Assembly: GCA_045656405.1 (NCBI GenBank)
Contig: JAZORC010000002.1
Span: 91,572 to 155,571, forward strand
Reading direction: 5' to 3'
Origin: Tidjanibacter sp.
Lineage (GTDB): Bacteria > Bacteroidota > Bacteroidia > Bacteroidales > Rikenellaceae
Length of the DNA: 64,000 bases
Part shown: positions 48,957-59,110 of the stretch, piece by piece
How positions within the stretch are numbered: position 1 is the stretch's first letter
Layout of the letters: the number at the start of each line of letters is the position of its first letter
Notes under the pieces: generated by a model
Database searches by the model: none
Seen by the model: the letters and a program-made list of their open reading frames with translations, nothing else
What the model was told of the DNA's origin: nothing
Translations under genes and position numbers: made by a program

Positions 48957-50756
48957 ATGAGAGGTAACACCGGGCGAATGAGTCTTTGGGAGCGCTTTGT
49001 GCTCTGGCTCAATGTGCAGACCAGGCGTATCAGCACACGACAACTGACCTTCATTTTGGCAATCGTTGTGGGTTTGGTGTCGGGAGGTGTAACCTGCATT
49101 TTCGAATGGCTCTTGGGGCTCATTAAGGATGGCTTGACGAGCTGGTTCCCCAAGGAGGAGGTGGGTTGGCTCTACCTCTTGTACCCTATGGTGGGTATCA
49201 TTCTGGCGAGCCTCTTTGTGCGCCTGATAGTCAAAGACGACATCTCGGAGGGGGTTACGAAGGTGCTCAAAGCGATGAGTACAACATCCTCGGAGATTAA
49301 GCCCCACAACTGCTACTCTTCGGTGGTGGGTGGCGCGCTGACCATTGGCTTTGGTGGTTCGGTAGGTCCCGAGGCACCTATTGTGCTGACGGGTGCCGCC
49401 ATAGGCTCCAACATCGGTAGGCTGCTCAAACTCAACTACCGCAACCTGACGCTGATGTTGGCGTGTGGTGTGGCTGCGGCCCTCTCGGCAATCTTCAAAG
49501 CCCCCATTACGGGTGTGATTTTCGTGATGGAGATTCTGCTCTTGGATATGAGTATGACGGCCATCATTCCTCTGATTATCTCCTCCGTAACGGCTGTGAC
49601 GCTCACCTTCTTTGTGCGAGGCTTTGAGCCTATGCTCTCGGCGAGCACCATTGGCGACCTCGCCTTCTCACATATTCCCATCTACCTGCTCTTGGCGCTA
49701 TTGTGTGGCCTTATGTGCTACTACTTTATGAACATCAACTTCCGCGTTAAGAAGGTTATCGACCGACTCGGAGTGCAGTGGAAGAAGTGGCTCGTGGGTG
49801 GCTTGGCATTGGGTGTTATGATTCTGCTTTTTCCCCCGCTCTATGGTGAGGGTTACGGAATCTTCCACCACTTTATGACGGGCGATGTACAGGCGGTTTT
49901 CGACAACTCGGGCTTCTACGATTATAGGGAGAACCATTGGGTTGTAGTGGGCTATATGTTGGCTATTATGTTTGTGAAGGTTGTGGCAATGGCTGTCACC
50001 AACTCTTCGGGAGGTGTGGGTGGAACCTTTGCGCCCTCACTCTTTGTGGGTGCATTCTTGGGTGCCATCACAGCCTATATGGGCAACACATTCTTTGATG
50101 CCGACCTCTCGATTGCGGCATTCTCATTGGTTGGTATGGCGGGCCTGATGTCGGGTGTTATGAAGGCACCCCTCACGGCAGTCTTCCTCATTGCCGAGAT
50201 TTCGAGTGCCTACCAACTATTTGTGCCTCTGATGCTTGTTTCGTGCGTGTCGTATGTCATCAACCGCTACCTCGAACCCGATAGTATCTACACCAAAACC
50301 CTCCGCAAGAAGGGACAACTTCTCACCCACGATAAGGACCAAGCTGTGAGCGTGGTTCTCTCGGTGCGCTCGCTCATTGAGACCAATATTTTGAGCGTCA
50401 GCGAGTATGACACGTTGGGCGATATGGTTGTGAGGGTTATTCCCCACACCACACGCAACATTTTCCCTGTGCTCGATGGTGAAAACCGACTGTTGGGAGT
50501 TGTTGAGTTCGACCGTTTGAGGAAGGATATGTTCGACCAGAGCAAGTACCCCAATTCGGTGCAACGCTATATGACACCCCCTGCGGATGTTATCTACGAG
50601 GGCGAGTCGGCATCGAGTGTGCTCGAAAAGTTCGAGACGACAGGTGCGTGGAACCTCCCCGTTGTGGATAATAATAAGCAGTACCTCGGCTTTGTTAGCA
50701 AGTCCCACATTCTCACCGCCTACCGCGATAAACTCAAAGAGATGACACAAGAGTAG
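48957..50756 (+). CDS. ClC family chloride channel/transporter with CBS domains
   Basis: GGSVGPEAPI, GGVGGTFAP; two C-terminal CBS repeats. Confidence 0.9.
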   Translation: MRGNTGRMSLWERFVLWLNVQTRRISTRQLTFILAIVVGLVSGGVTCIFEWLLGLIKDGLTSWFPKEEVGWLYLLYPMVGIILASLFVRLIVKDDISEGVTKVLKAMSTTSSEIKPHNCYSSVVGGALTIGFGGSVGPEAPIVLTGAAIGSNIGRLLKLNYRNLTLMLACGVAAALSAIFKAPITGVIFVMEILLLDMSMTAIIPLIISSVTAVTLTFFVRGFEPMLSASTIGDLAFSHIPIYLLLALLCGLMCYYFMNINFRVKKVIDRLGVQWKKWLVGGLALGVMILLFPPLYGEGYGIFHHFMTGDVQAVFDNSGFYDYRENHWVVVGYMLAIMFVKVVAMAVTNSSGGVGGTFAPSLFVGAFLGAITAYMGNTFFDADLSIAAFSLVGMAGLMSGVMKAPLTAVFLIAEISSAYQLFVPLMLVSCVSYVINRYLEPDSIYTKTLRKKGQLLTHDKDQAVSVVLSVRSLIETNILSVSEYDTLGDMVVRVIPHTTRNIFPVLDGENRLLGVVEFDRLRKDMFDQSKYPNSVQRYMTPPADVIYEGESASSVLEKFETTGAWNLPVVDNNKQYLGFVSKSHILTAYRDKLKEMTQE

Positions 50757-50791
50757 AAAGAGTGGTGATAATATAATACGAAATAAATTTT

Positions 50792-51278
50792 ACACACGCC
50801 CCCGCCCTTCGGGCACCCCCTCTAACATAGAGGGGGAATAGTTGCTATACGATGAGGAATGAGAGGATAAATAATTTGGTTGAGCAGAAGGATTTGCGTC
50901 GTAAATTGCGCCGAAAATCGACTCCCGAGGAGATTGCACTCTGGAAGGTATTGAAGGGGAAACAGGTTGCAGGATGCCAATTCCGTCGCCAATTTTCGGT
51001 GGGGGTATATGTGTTGGATTTCTATTGTCCCAAGGCTAAATTATGTGTAGAAGTGGATGGTATGATGCACCATTCGGAGGAAAATCAAAAACACGACAAG
51101 GCTCGCGATGCATTCCTCGCCACACGAGGAATAGAGGTGTTAAGGGTTGATAATCAAGCATTGTGGAGTTGTAGCGATTTGGTTGTTGCAACAATTCAAG
51201 ATAGATTAAAAGTCCGTCTTGCGGATAAAAATTCCCCCTCTAAATTAGAGGGGGTGCCCGAAGGGCGGGGGCGTGTGT
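50792..51278. mobile_element. Putative minimal element: DUF559 gene bounded by 48-bp inverted repeats
   Basis: 50792-50839 and 51231-51278 are reverse complements at 46/48 nt; no TSD seen. Confidence 0.6.
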
Positions 51279-51310
51279 CATTGAGTGAATGGAAAGAGGA
51301 ATTCCAATGA
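50852..51310 (+). CDS. DUF559 (Vsr-like PD-(D/E)xK) endonuclease-domain protein
   Basis: RKLRRKSTPEE.LW, FRRQFSVG.YVLDFYC, EVDG..H, DKARD.FL..RGIEVLR. Confidence 0.9.
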   Translation: MRNERINNLVEQKDLRRKLRRKSTPEEIALWKVLKGKQVAGCQFRRQFSVGVYVLDFYCPKAKLCVEVDGMMHHSEENQKHDKARDAFLATRGIEVLRVDNQALWSCSDLVVATIQDRLKVRLADKNSPSKLEGVPEGRGRVSLSEWKEEFQ

Positions 51311-52455
51311 AGATAAATTTTCTGGGGCCGGCGTTTCCCTATCGTGGAGGTCTGGCGACAATCATAGAGAGCCTGGCAAGGGAGTTTCAGGCGAGGGGTA
51401 ACGAGGTGACCATCGACACATTCTCGTTGCAGTACCCACGCCTATTGTTCCCTGGTAAGAGCCAATTCCGCACAGGCGAGAAGCCTCACGATATTGCTAT
51501 TGCCCGCACGGTGAGCACTGTGGGACCACTCTCGTGGTGGAGGGTGGGGCGTAGGCTCCGTAGGGAGGCCCCCGATGCTGTGGTATTGAAATATTGGACA
51601 CCACTGATGGCTCCCTGCTTCGGTACCATCTGTCGCTTGGCGCGCAAAAATGGCAAAACAAAAGTTATTGTTCATCTCGATAATATCACTCCCCACGAGC
51701 CCCACTTCTACGATAGAGTGCTGAATCGCTATTTTCTCGCCTCGTGCGATGGTTTTATCTATATGTCCGAGGCTGTCAATCGCGATTTGCGCACTTTTCT
51801 GCCAAATCCGAAGGCACTCTTCTCACCCCATCCACTCTTTGATAACTATGGCGCGAAGGTGCCCCGAGAGGAGGCGTGTGCCCGCTTGGGCCTCGATTCC
51901 AAGCAGAGCTATGTGATGTTCTTCGGCTATGTGAGGGAGTATAAGGGGCTGGATATCTTGCTCGATGCGTGGGCTCTCTTGAAGGCCGAGGGTAAGACGG
52001 TGGGTAGGAAACTGCTCGTTGTGGGCGAGGTCTATGGTAGCGATGCGAAATACCGTGAGCAGATTGAACGCTTGGGCTTGCAGGATGATGTGGTTGTGCA
52101 TAGCGACTTTGTGCCCGATGAGAAGGTGGCCGATTGGTTCTCGGTGGCCGATATGGTCGCCTTGCCATATAAGTCGGCAACCCAGAGTGGTGTCACACAG
52201 GTGGCCTATGCCTTCGATGTGCCTATGGTTGTAACCAATGTGGGTGGCTTGGCAGAGATGGTTGAGGATGATGTTGTGGGTGTGCTTGCCGAGGTGAGTG
52301 CCCGCTCGGTGGCCGATGCCATTGCCAAGGTCTATGAGGGCGACAACCTCACCCGCTACCGCGAGGGGGTGAGTCGCAATAAGGCCCGCTTCTCGTGGAG
52401 CGCCACAGCCGATAGGATAGAGGAACTTTTTAGGAGTCTAACGTCTAATGTCTAA
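51307..52455 (+). CDS. Glycosyltransferase family 4
   Basis: Start taken at MKINFLGPAFPYRGG; FFGYVREYKGLD; PYKSATQSGV. Confidence 0.92.
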   Translation: MKINFLGPAFPYRGGLATIIESLAREFQARGNEVTIDTFSLQYPRLLFPGKSQFRTGEKPHDIAIARTVSTVGPLSWWRVGRRLRREAPDAVVLKYWTPLMAPCFGTICRLARKNGKTKVIVHLDNITPHEPHFYDRVLNRYFLASCDGFIYMSEAVNRDLRTFLPNPKALFSPHPLFDNYGAKVPREEACARLGLDSKQSYVMFFGYVREYKGLDILLDAWALLKAEGKTVGRKLLVVGEVYGSDAKYREQIERLGLQDDVVVHSDFVPDEKVADWFSVADMVALPYKSATQSGVTQVAYAFDVPMVVTNVGGLAEMVEDDVVGVLAEVSARSVADAIAKVYEGDNLTRYREGVSRNKARFSWSATADRIEELFRSLTSNV

Positions 52456-52464
52456 CGTCTAATG
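52437..52464 (+). repeat. TCTAAYG heptamer array overlapping the GT4 stop
   Basis: TCTAACG TCTAATG TCTAACG TCTAATG. Confidence 0.9.
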
Positions 52465-52652
52465 TCTCGGGCTCAGTAAACCGCCGAGCCCGAGAACTTA
52501 TGGGAGTTCTATGTTTTTCAGAGTTCTTCTAACCCCTCCATCAAATAAAGACTCGGGGCACACCAAAATGGCGTGCCCCGAGTCTTTTGACTTTCGACGT
52601 TAGACTACAAAAGATAGTGGCTTGGTAATTTTACCAAGCCACTATCTTTTGT
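52465..52652. terminator. Three hairpins between convergent genes
   Basis: Stems 52465-52495, 52547-52587 (15 bp) and 52607-52652 (22-bp perfect). Confidence 0.75.
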
Positions 52653-52653
52653 C

Positions 52654-54015
52654 TTACTTCTTAATATTGGGCTCTTCCAAGCCGAAGTTTTGCTTGCGGT
52701 TTTCGCGTTTGAGCCAGAGGCTGAAAAAGAGTGCCAAGACACCAAACGACGAGAAGATAACCATAGGCAAGGTGTAGCCACCGGTTGCATCCAGCACGTT
52801 ACCAATAAGGATGGGCACTGCAAACAGACCGATGTTCTGAATCCAGAAGATGATGCAGTAGGCCGAGCCAAGGATGCGGTTGTCGATAATCTTGGGCACC
52901 GAGGGCCACAAAGCTGCGGGCACCAACGAGAACGATACACCCAAAATAACCACAATAGTCACTGCCAACCATTTGTAGGGGAAGGCGGGAAGCAAGAATG
53001 CAAACGAGAGGTGGCAGGCAATCATCACCAGCGAACCGAGCATCAGCATCGAGGCAGCCTTACCCTTGTTGTCGATGAAGGCACCGAGGAAGGGGGTGAG
53101 CACCATAGCCAAGATGGGGAAGCAGCTGAACAACTGCGCACCATTATCAACACCGAGGGTGGTGTTCAAAAAGTCGGGGGCGTAGCGCTGGAAGGGGAAG
53201 ATGGCCGAGTAGTAGAGTACGCACAAGAGTGCCACGAGCCAGAACATCTTGCTCGAAAAGATTTTGCCCAAATCTTTGAATTTGAACTCCTCCTCGCTCT
53301 CCTCGGTGGTGAGCTCGCCACAAGCTGCCAACTGTTTGTCGAACTTGCGGTCCATAACCACGAATACAACGTAGAAAATAAGGCCAATGAGGAGCAGGAT
53401 TGCACCAAAGCCTACGGGAGCCGATACCACAGCACCGAACTTCTCATAGACCATAGGCGAGAGCCACATTGCGGCAAATACGCCCAGACGTGCAATCGAC
53501 ATCTCCAAACCCATAGCCATAGCCATCTCCTTTCCATTGAACCATTTAGCAATAGCTTTCGATACGGTGGTGCCGGCCATCTCGCAGCCGCAACCGAAAA
53601 TCATAAAGCCCAAGCAGGAGAGTTTGGCAGTACCAGGGAGTGCCACCCACCACGAGTTCATCCAAGTCTCCAAGCCGCTACCAATGAACAAGTCGCTCAT
53701 TGCGTAGAACTTGATGCTTGCACCAATAACCATCAGCGAGGCCGACAATACACCCGTAAAGCGGATGCCCATCTTGTCGAGGATGATGCCTGCAAAGATG
53801 AGGAAGAAGCAGAACACGTTGAGGAAGTACTCGCTCGCAGCGTAGGTGCCGAAGGTGCCACTTGTCCAACCGAGCGATGCTTCGAGTTGGCTTTTAAGGG
53901 GCGAAAGCATATCCACGAACATATAGGCAAAGAACATCATCAATGCGATGAGAATCAAAGCCGACCAGCGTGCAAATGCCGAATCATTGAGTTTTTTTTG
54001 AATGTTTTGTACCAT
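52654..54015 (-). CDS. MFS transporter
   Basis: About 12 TM segments; GIILDKMGIR loop motif; KAIAKWFNGKEMA. Confidence 0.9.
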   Translation of the reverse strand: MVQNIQKKLNDSAFARWSALILIALMMFFAYMFVDMLSPLKSQLEASLGWTSGTFGTYAASEYFLNVFCFFLIFAGIILDKMGIRFTGVLSASLMVIGASIKFYAMSDLFIGSGLETWMNSWWVALPGTAKLSCLGFMIFGCGCEMAGTTVSKAIAKWFNGKEMAMAMGLEMSIARLGVFAAMWLSPMVYEKFGAVVSAPVGFGAILLLIGLIFYVVFVVMDRKFDKQLAACGELTTEESEEEFKFKDLGKIFSSKMFWLVALLCVLYYSAIFPFQRYAPDFLNTTLGVDNGAQLFSCFPILAMVLTPFLGAFIDNKGKAASMLMLGSLVMIACHLSFAFLLPAFPYKWLAVTIVVILGVSFSLVPAALWPSVPKIIDNRILGSAYCIIFWIQNIGLFAVPILIGNVLDATGGYTLPMVIFSSFGVLALFFSLWLKRENRKQNFGLEEPNIKK

Positions 54016-54060
54016 AAAAGTTTGCGTTTAGTATTGTGATAAAATATTGATTTTCAACAT

Positions 54061-56007
54061 TTAGTTCTTCTGATACCTCTTCAAGATACCATAGGCCTCC
54101 TTAATGCCCAACTCACCCGCCTTGCTTAAATCCATAACACCCTTCTGGGTGTCCTTCATCAGCAACTGCACCAATCCGCGATTGAAATAGGCCTCGGCAA
54201 GTTCGGGGGCCATAGTCAGCGCTCGCGAGTAGTCCTCATAGGCGGCAGGCATATCGCCCGAAAGAGCGTGGAGATTGCCCCTATTATAATATATGTATGC
54301 CACATCGGGGGCAAGCTCTGCGGCTCTATTTAGGTCGGCAATCGCCTCATCGTAGTTGTAGGTGCGCTTGGTCTGTGAGCGTAGGGTCATATCCGAATCA
54401 ATCGAAATCCTATCGCCCATACCCACCGACGATATGAACTCTATCATCTCGGCCCTCGCCACTGCGCGGTTGAGGTAGAGCATCGCATCCCGTGGCGAAA
54501 GGCTAATGGCCTCCGTGAGGATGTTGATTGCCGAGGTGTATTGCCTCATTGTGAGTTGCGAAATAGCCCAGCGGAAGAGTGATTCTACGTCGGTGTAGGC
54601 CACACCCTCGTAGCGTTCATTGACCTTTGCAACCTCCTCCTCGGTAAGTCTTGTTGGCTCATTGGAGAAGACTATGAGTGTGTCGCTCGCCACCCCCGTA
54701 GCCTCCAATATGGGGGAGTAGTAGTGGTGGGCCTCCGTTGTGCGAGGAGCCCCCAGCGACCAACGGAACATCTCGCGCAAGGTGGCATTCGTTGCGCTCT
54801 CCTCGGTGAGTTTCCTCTCCGCAAGGCGCGACTCAAACGATAGGAGTTGGTTGAAGTGCCTCGATGTGTCGGCATAGATATTCAGCCCCTCGGGGTCCTC
54901 CGCCAATCGTGCCTCATACTCGGCAATCTTCCTATCGGCAATGGCGCGGTCACGCTTTGCACCCGCACTATCGTGAATCTTATCCTTCACCACAGCCCTA
55001 TGTAGGTAGGCGTTGGCAAAGTCGGGGTAGAGTTCAATAGCCTTGGAGTAGTCACCCAGTGCCTCCAAGTCCCTATTCATCTCCATCAGCACTCCTGCGC
55101 GGTTGTAGTATCCCTTCACATTCTCGGGTGCGTGTTCCAACACCTTGTCGTACATCGCCAACGCCTGGGGAAAGTTGCCCTGAATGGAGTGGATGATAGC
55201 CAAGTCGAAGTAGGCACTCGTAACGTAGGGATTCAGCTCCAACACACGCTCAAAGTCGCGTGTGGCCTCCTCGTAGCGCTCCAAGTTGCAGAACACAATG
55301 CCACGATTGAAGATGGGTTGGAGGTAGCTGCTGTCGCACTTGATGGCCATATTGTACATCTCCAAAGCCGCCTCATTCCTACCCTCGGCCATCAGCAACA
55401 TAGCCTTCTGGTTGTAGCCCTCGGTGTAGTCGCGGTTGGTGCGGATAGCCCTGTCGAAGCTCTCGTGGGCACCGAGTGTGTCCCTCAAACCGAGCAGCGC
55501 CACACCGCGGTTGATGTAGGTCTGTGCATCCTTGTCGGTCACTCTCAAAACCCTGTCGAAATCAACTAACGACTTTACCCACTGTTTGTTACGCAGATGG
55601 GTGACACCTCTCGAATAGTAGGAACCGATGATGTCGGGGCGCAGTTCGATGGCGCTCGTTAGGTCCTTCACGGCATCCTCATAGTTGCCCAACTCGGCAT
55701 TGACAATTCCTCGGTAGTGGTAGGCCTCGGTATAGACCTCGTTTATCTCAATGGCTCGCGTGAGGTCGGCTCTGGCACCCAGCAGGTCGCCCAAGCCGAG
55801 CTTGGCATAGCCACGCAGATAGTAGGCCTCATAGGACTCCCTATCGGAGCGAATCAGTACATTGAGAATGTCAATTGCATCCTTATAGTTATCCTCGGCA
55901 AGCATATTGCGACTTGCCCACGCGATATAGCGTTTGTTGTACTGCGCGTGAGTTTCCCCAACGCACAATACAACTAACATCGCAAATATCGTGACAAGTC
56001 TTTTCAA
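54061..56007 (-). CDS. Secreted tetratricopeptide repeat protein (TTG start)
   Basis: Signal peptide ending THA-Q; many AYY.RG / A..D...AI TPR units. Confidence 0.88.
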   Translation of the reverse strand: MKRLVTIFAMLVVLCVGETHAQYNKRYIAWASRNMLAEDNYKDAIDILNVLIRSDRESYEAYYLRGYAKLGLGDLLGARADLTRAIEINEVYTEAYHYRGIVNAELGNYEDAVKDLTSAIELRPDIIGSYYSRGVTHLRNKQWVKSLVDFDRVLRVTDKDAQTYINRGVALLGLRDTLGAHESFDRAIRTNRDYTEGYNQKAMLLMAEGRNEAALEMYNMAIKCDSSYLQPIFNRGIVFCNLERYEEATRDFERVLELNPYVTSAYFDLAIIHSIQGNFPQALAMYDKVLEHAPENVKGYYNRAGVLMEMNRDLEALGDYSKAIELYPDFANAYLHRAVVKDKIHDSAGAKRDRAIADRKIAEYEARLAEDPEGLNIYADTSRHFNQLLSFESRLAERKLTEESATNATLREMFRWSLGAPRTTEAHHYYSPILEATGVASDTLIVFSNEPTRLTEEEVAKVNERYEGVAYTDVESLFRWAISQLTMRQYTSAINILTEAISLSPRDAMLYLNRAVARAEMIEFISSVGMGDRISIDSDMTLRSQTKRTYNYDEAIADLNRAAELAPDVAYIYYNRGNLHALSGDMPAAYEDYSRALTMAPELAEAYFNRGLVQLLMKDTQKGVMDLSKAGELGIKEAYGILKRYQKN

Positions 56008-56021
56008 CTCTCAACTTTCAA

Positions 56022-58649
56022 CTATTTAAGAGCCGCAATTCGTTCTTTGATTGCGGCGATTTTAGCCTCGGCATCCCTCTGTTTGTTCCTCTCGTTCTCG
56101 ACAACGGCAGCGGGGGCATTGGCCACAAACCTCTCGTTGGAGAGTTTGCCCATAACGGTGCGCAAGAAGCCCTCGAAGTAGGCGAGCTCCTTGGCCATCT
56201 TCTCCAACTCCTCCTCCACGTTGATGTTCTCACTCATAGGAACAAAATACTGCGTGGTCTTAACAATAAACGCAGCAGCGGTGGGGTTCTTCTCCTTCAC
56301 CTCTCGAATCTCCGAGAGATTTGCCATCTTCTCCACCAAGCAGTTGTAGGTGGGGTAGTAGTTCTCATCCACGATGACCTCCAATGCCACCTGCTCCTTG
56401 TTGGGGATGTTCTTCTGTGCGCGGATGTTGCGGATGCCGCTCACAACCTCACGAGCCAAATCAACCTCGGCGAGCATCTTCTCGTCCCAGGGTTTGTGCT
56501 CCTCAAACAAGTCGAGCATCACGCTCTCACCCTCCTTGCGCTCCGAAACGTGCTGCCACAACTCCTCGGTTACGAAGGGCATAAAGGGGTGGAGCAGTTT
56601 CAGCAGACGCTCAAAGAATCGCTTGGTGGCAGCAACGGTCACTGCATCAGCGGGCGAGCCATAGGCGGGCTTAATCATCTCCAAGTACCAACCGCTGAAA
56701 TCGTCCCAGAAGAGGCGGTAGAGGGTCATCATTGCATCCGAAATGCGGTATGCCTCGAAGTGCTCCTCAATCTCCTTGTAGGCCTTCTGGTAGACATTCT
56801 CAAACCACTCGACAGCCTTTGCGCAGTGCACACTCTGTGCGAGATTATCATCAACCTCCCAGCCGGTCAAGAGGCGGTAGGCGTTCCAAATCTTGTTGCA
56901 GAAGTTACGGCCCTGCTCACAGAGGCTCTCGTCGAACATCAGGTCGTTACCTGCCGAGGTGCAGAGCATCAGTGCAACCCTCACGCCATCGGCACCATAC
57001 TGTGCAATCAAATCCAGCGGGTCGGGCGAGTTGCCGAGCTGTTTGGACATCTTACGGCCCAACTTGTCGCGCACGATACCTGTGAAATAGACGTGATTGA
57101 AGGGTTTTTCGTTCCTCCACTCGTAGCCAGCCATAATCATCCTCGCTACCCAGAAGAAGATGATATCGGGACCGGTAATGAGGTCGTTGGTGGGGTAGTA
57201 GTAGCGAATCTCGGCGTTGTCGGGCTGGCGGATGCCATCAAATACGCTGATGGGCCAGAGCCACGAGCTGAACCAAGTGTCCAAAACATCCTCCTCCTGA
57301 CGAAGGTCGGCAAGAGTGAGTGTTGCATCGCCCGTCTTGGCGCGTGCAGCCTCCAATGCCTCCTGCTCTGTTTCGGCTACCACAAAGCCACCTTTGGGCA
57401 GATACCACGCGGGGATGCGGTGGCCCCACCACAACTGACGCGAGATGCACCAATCTTTGATATTCTCCATCCAGTGGCGGTAGGTATTTTTGTACTTCTC
57501 GGGCACAAACTTAATCACATCCTCCATTACGGCCTTGGTCGCGGGCTGTGCCAGCTCCTCCATCGAGAGGAACCACTGCATCGAGAGTTTGGGCTCAATA
57601 GCCACACCTGTACGCTCCGAGTAGCCCACATTGTTGGTGTATGCCTCGGTCTTCTCCAAGAGGCCTGCTGCCTCCAAGTCGCCCTCAATCACCTTACGGC
57701 ACTCAAAGCGGTCCATACCAACATACAAGCCCACCTTGTCGTTGATGGTGCCGTCGGGGTTGAAGATGTCGATGGTTTCGAGGCCATACTTCTCGCCCAA
57801 CATATAGTCATTCACATCGTGCGCGGGAGTTACTTTCAGCGCACCTGTACCAAACTCAATATCCACATACTCATCCCTGATGACGGGCACCGAGCGACCA
57901 ACGAGGGGTACGATAACCCTTGCATCGGCAGGAAGGTCGGCATAGCGGGGGTCGTTGGGATTCACACACACTGCCGAGTCGCCCAAGATGGTCTCGGGAC
58001 GTGTGGTAGCAACAATGAGTGCGCGGTCGGAGCCCTCCAACTTGTAGCGCAGGTAGTAGAACTTACCCTGCGACTCCTTGTAGATTACCTCCTCATCCGA
58101 AAGGGCTGTTTGTGCCGAGGGATCCCAATTGACCATCCTCACACCACGGTAAATCTTACCCTTGTTGTAGAGGTCTACGAATACTTTGATGACACTTTCG
58201 CTGCGGGGCTCATCCATTGTGAAGCAGGTGCGGTCCCAATCGCACGACGCACCGAGCTTGCGGAGCTGTTGGAGGATGATACCACCGTGTTTCTCCTTCC
58301 ACTCCCAAGCGTGGGCGAGGAACTCATCGCGTGTGAGGTCGCTCTTCTCGATACCCTCGGCTTTGAGTTTTGCCACAACTTTCGCCTCGGTGGCGATGGA
58401 TGCGTGGTCGGTACCGGGCACCCAGCAGGCATTCTTACCCTTCATACGAGCCCTGCGCACCAAAACATCTTGGAGTGTGTTGTTGAGCATATGGCCCATA
58501 TGCAACATACCTGTCACGTTTGGTGGGGGAATAACTATGGTGTAGGGCTCTCGGTTGTCGGGCTCGGAGTGAAACATATTGTGCTTCATCCAGTAGTCAT
58601 ACCACTTGTTCTCAATCTCTTGTGGTGTGTATTTGTCTGCAAGTTTCAT
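56022..58649 (-). CDS. valS: Valine--tRNA ligase
   Basis: [48 protein letters not shown]. Confidence 0.98.
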   Translation of the reverse strand: MKLADKYTPQEIENKWYDYWMKHNMFHSEPDNREPYTIVIPPPNVTGMLHMGHMLNNTLQDVLVRRARMKGKNACWVPGTDHASIATEAKVVAKLKAEGIEKSDLTRDEFLAHAWEWKEKHGGIILQQLRKLGASCDWDRTCFTMDEPRSESVIKVFVDLYNKGKIYRGVRMVNWDPSAQTALSDEEVIYKESQGKFYYLRYKLEGSDRALIVATTRPETILGDSAVCVNPNDPRYADLPADARVIVPLVGRSVPVIRDEYVDIEFGTGALKVTPAHDVNDYMLGEKYGLETIDIFNPDGTINDKVGLYVGMDRFECRKVIEGDLEAAGLLEKTEAYTNNVGYSERTGVAIEPKLSMQWFLSMEELAQPATKAVMEDVIKFVPEKYKNTYRHWMENIKDWCISRQLWWGHRIPAWYLPKGGFVVAETEQEALEAARAKTGDATLTLADLRQEEDVLDTWFSSWLWPISVFDGIRQPDNAEIRYYYPTNDLITGPDIIFFWVARMIMAGYEWRNEKPFNHVYFTGIVRDKLGRKMSKQLGNSPDPLDLIAQYGADGVRVALMLCTSAGNDLMFDESLCEQGRNFCNKIWNAYRLLTGWEVDDNLAQSVHCAKAVEWFENVYQKAYKEIEEHFEAYRISDAMMTLYRLFWDDFSGWYLEMIKPAYGSPADAVTVAATKRFFERLLKLLHPFMPFVTEELWQHVSERKEGESVMLDLFEEHKPWDEKMLAEVDLAREVVSGIRNIRAQKNIPNKEQVALEVIVDENYYPTYNCLVEKMANLSEIREVKEKNPTAAAFIVKTTQYFVPMSENINVEEELEKMAKELAYFEGFLRTVMGKLSNERFVANAPAAVVENERNKQRDAEAKIAAIKERIAALK

Positions 58650-58692
58650 AAGTGTTATATTTTGTTTTGTTCTATTGTTGCTTATTATTTCA

Positions 58693-58917
58693 CTCCACCT
58701 TTCGGCTGTGCCTTGTGGGCGATTTCTGCGTTATGCTTTTGTTTTGTCATCCTCATTTACGCTCGGTAAACTGCGGTGCCAAAACAAAACCAAGCCTTGA
58801 ACTCCCCTCACAAAACCCAGCCGCGCTATGTGGGGAGTATCTTTGCAAAACCACCCCAAATTGTGGGGACTTTTGTCGTTTTGCTCCACCTTTCGGCTGT
58901 GCCTTGTGGGCGATTTC
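58693..58917. repeat. 34-bp exact direct repeat (58693-58726, 58884-58917) around a 157-bp segment
   Basis: CTCCACCTTTCGGCTGTGCCTTGTGGGCGATTTC twice. Confidence 0.92.
58727..58801. repeat. Dispersed hairpin element, copy 2
   Basis: TCCTCATTTACG-CTCG-GTAAACTGCGG core plus CAAGCCTTGAA 14 nt later, as at 20098-20149. Confidence 0.8.
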
Positions 58918-58951
58918 GGTCCTGTGCTTTTATTTTTGCGCATTTAACCTC

Positions 58952-58959
58952 CAAAGATA
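58952..58959 (-). promoter_or_regulatory. -7 element (TATCTTTG) of valS
   Basis: TAnnTTTG match; implies a leader of about 300 nt. Confidence 0.6.
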
Positions 58960-58967
58960 CGAAAAAG

Positions 58968-58995
58968 AATTGAGAATTGAAAATTGAGAATTGAG
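58968..58995 (+). repeat. AATTGAR heptamer array (4 copies)
   Basis: AATTGAG AATTGAA AATTGAG AATTGAG. Confidence 0.95.
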
Positions 58996-59038
58996 ATTTA
59001 TCTCCCCCAAGGGGAGATTTGGAGGGATAAATGGCCTG

Positions 59039-59110
59039 TGAGTCATATAACTTCAATAGGTCTAATAAGTCTAATAAGTCCTATAATCCCCATAGGTTCT
59101 ATACGTTCTA
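59039..59110 (+). repeat. Degenerate 9-mer array (8 units)
   Basis: TGAGTCATA TAACTTCAA TAGGTCTAA TAAGTCTAA TAAGTCCTA TAATCCCCA TAGGTTCTA TACGTTCTA. Confidence 0.8.

Noticed and set aside
50792-51278. Classical IS element
   Set aside because: No DDE or HUH transposase and no target-site duplication; kept as a non-canonical candidate instead.
58684-58704. T-box riboswitch in the valS leader (GAAAGGTGGAG on the mRNA strand)
   Set aside because: Lacks the conserved ACC after GGTGGN; no terminator/antiterminator or specifier stem was identified.
58693-58917. CRISPR array from the 34-bp direct repeat
   Set aside because: Only two copies, a 157-bp spacer and no cas genes.
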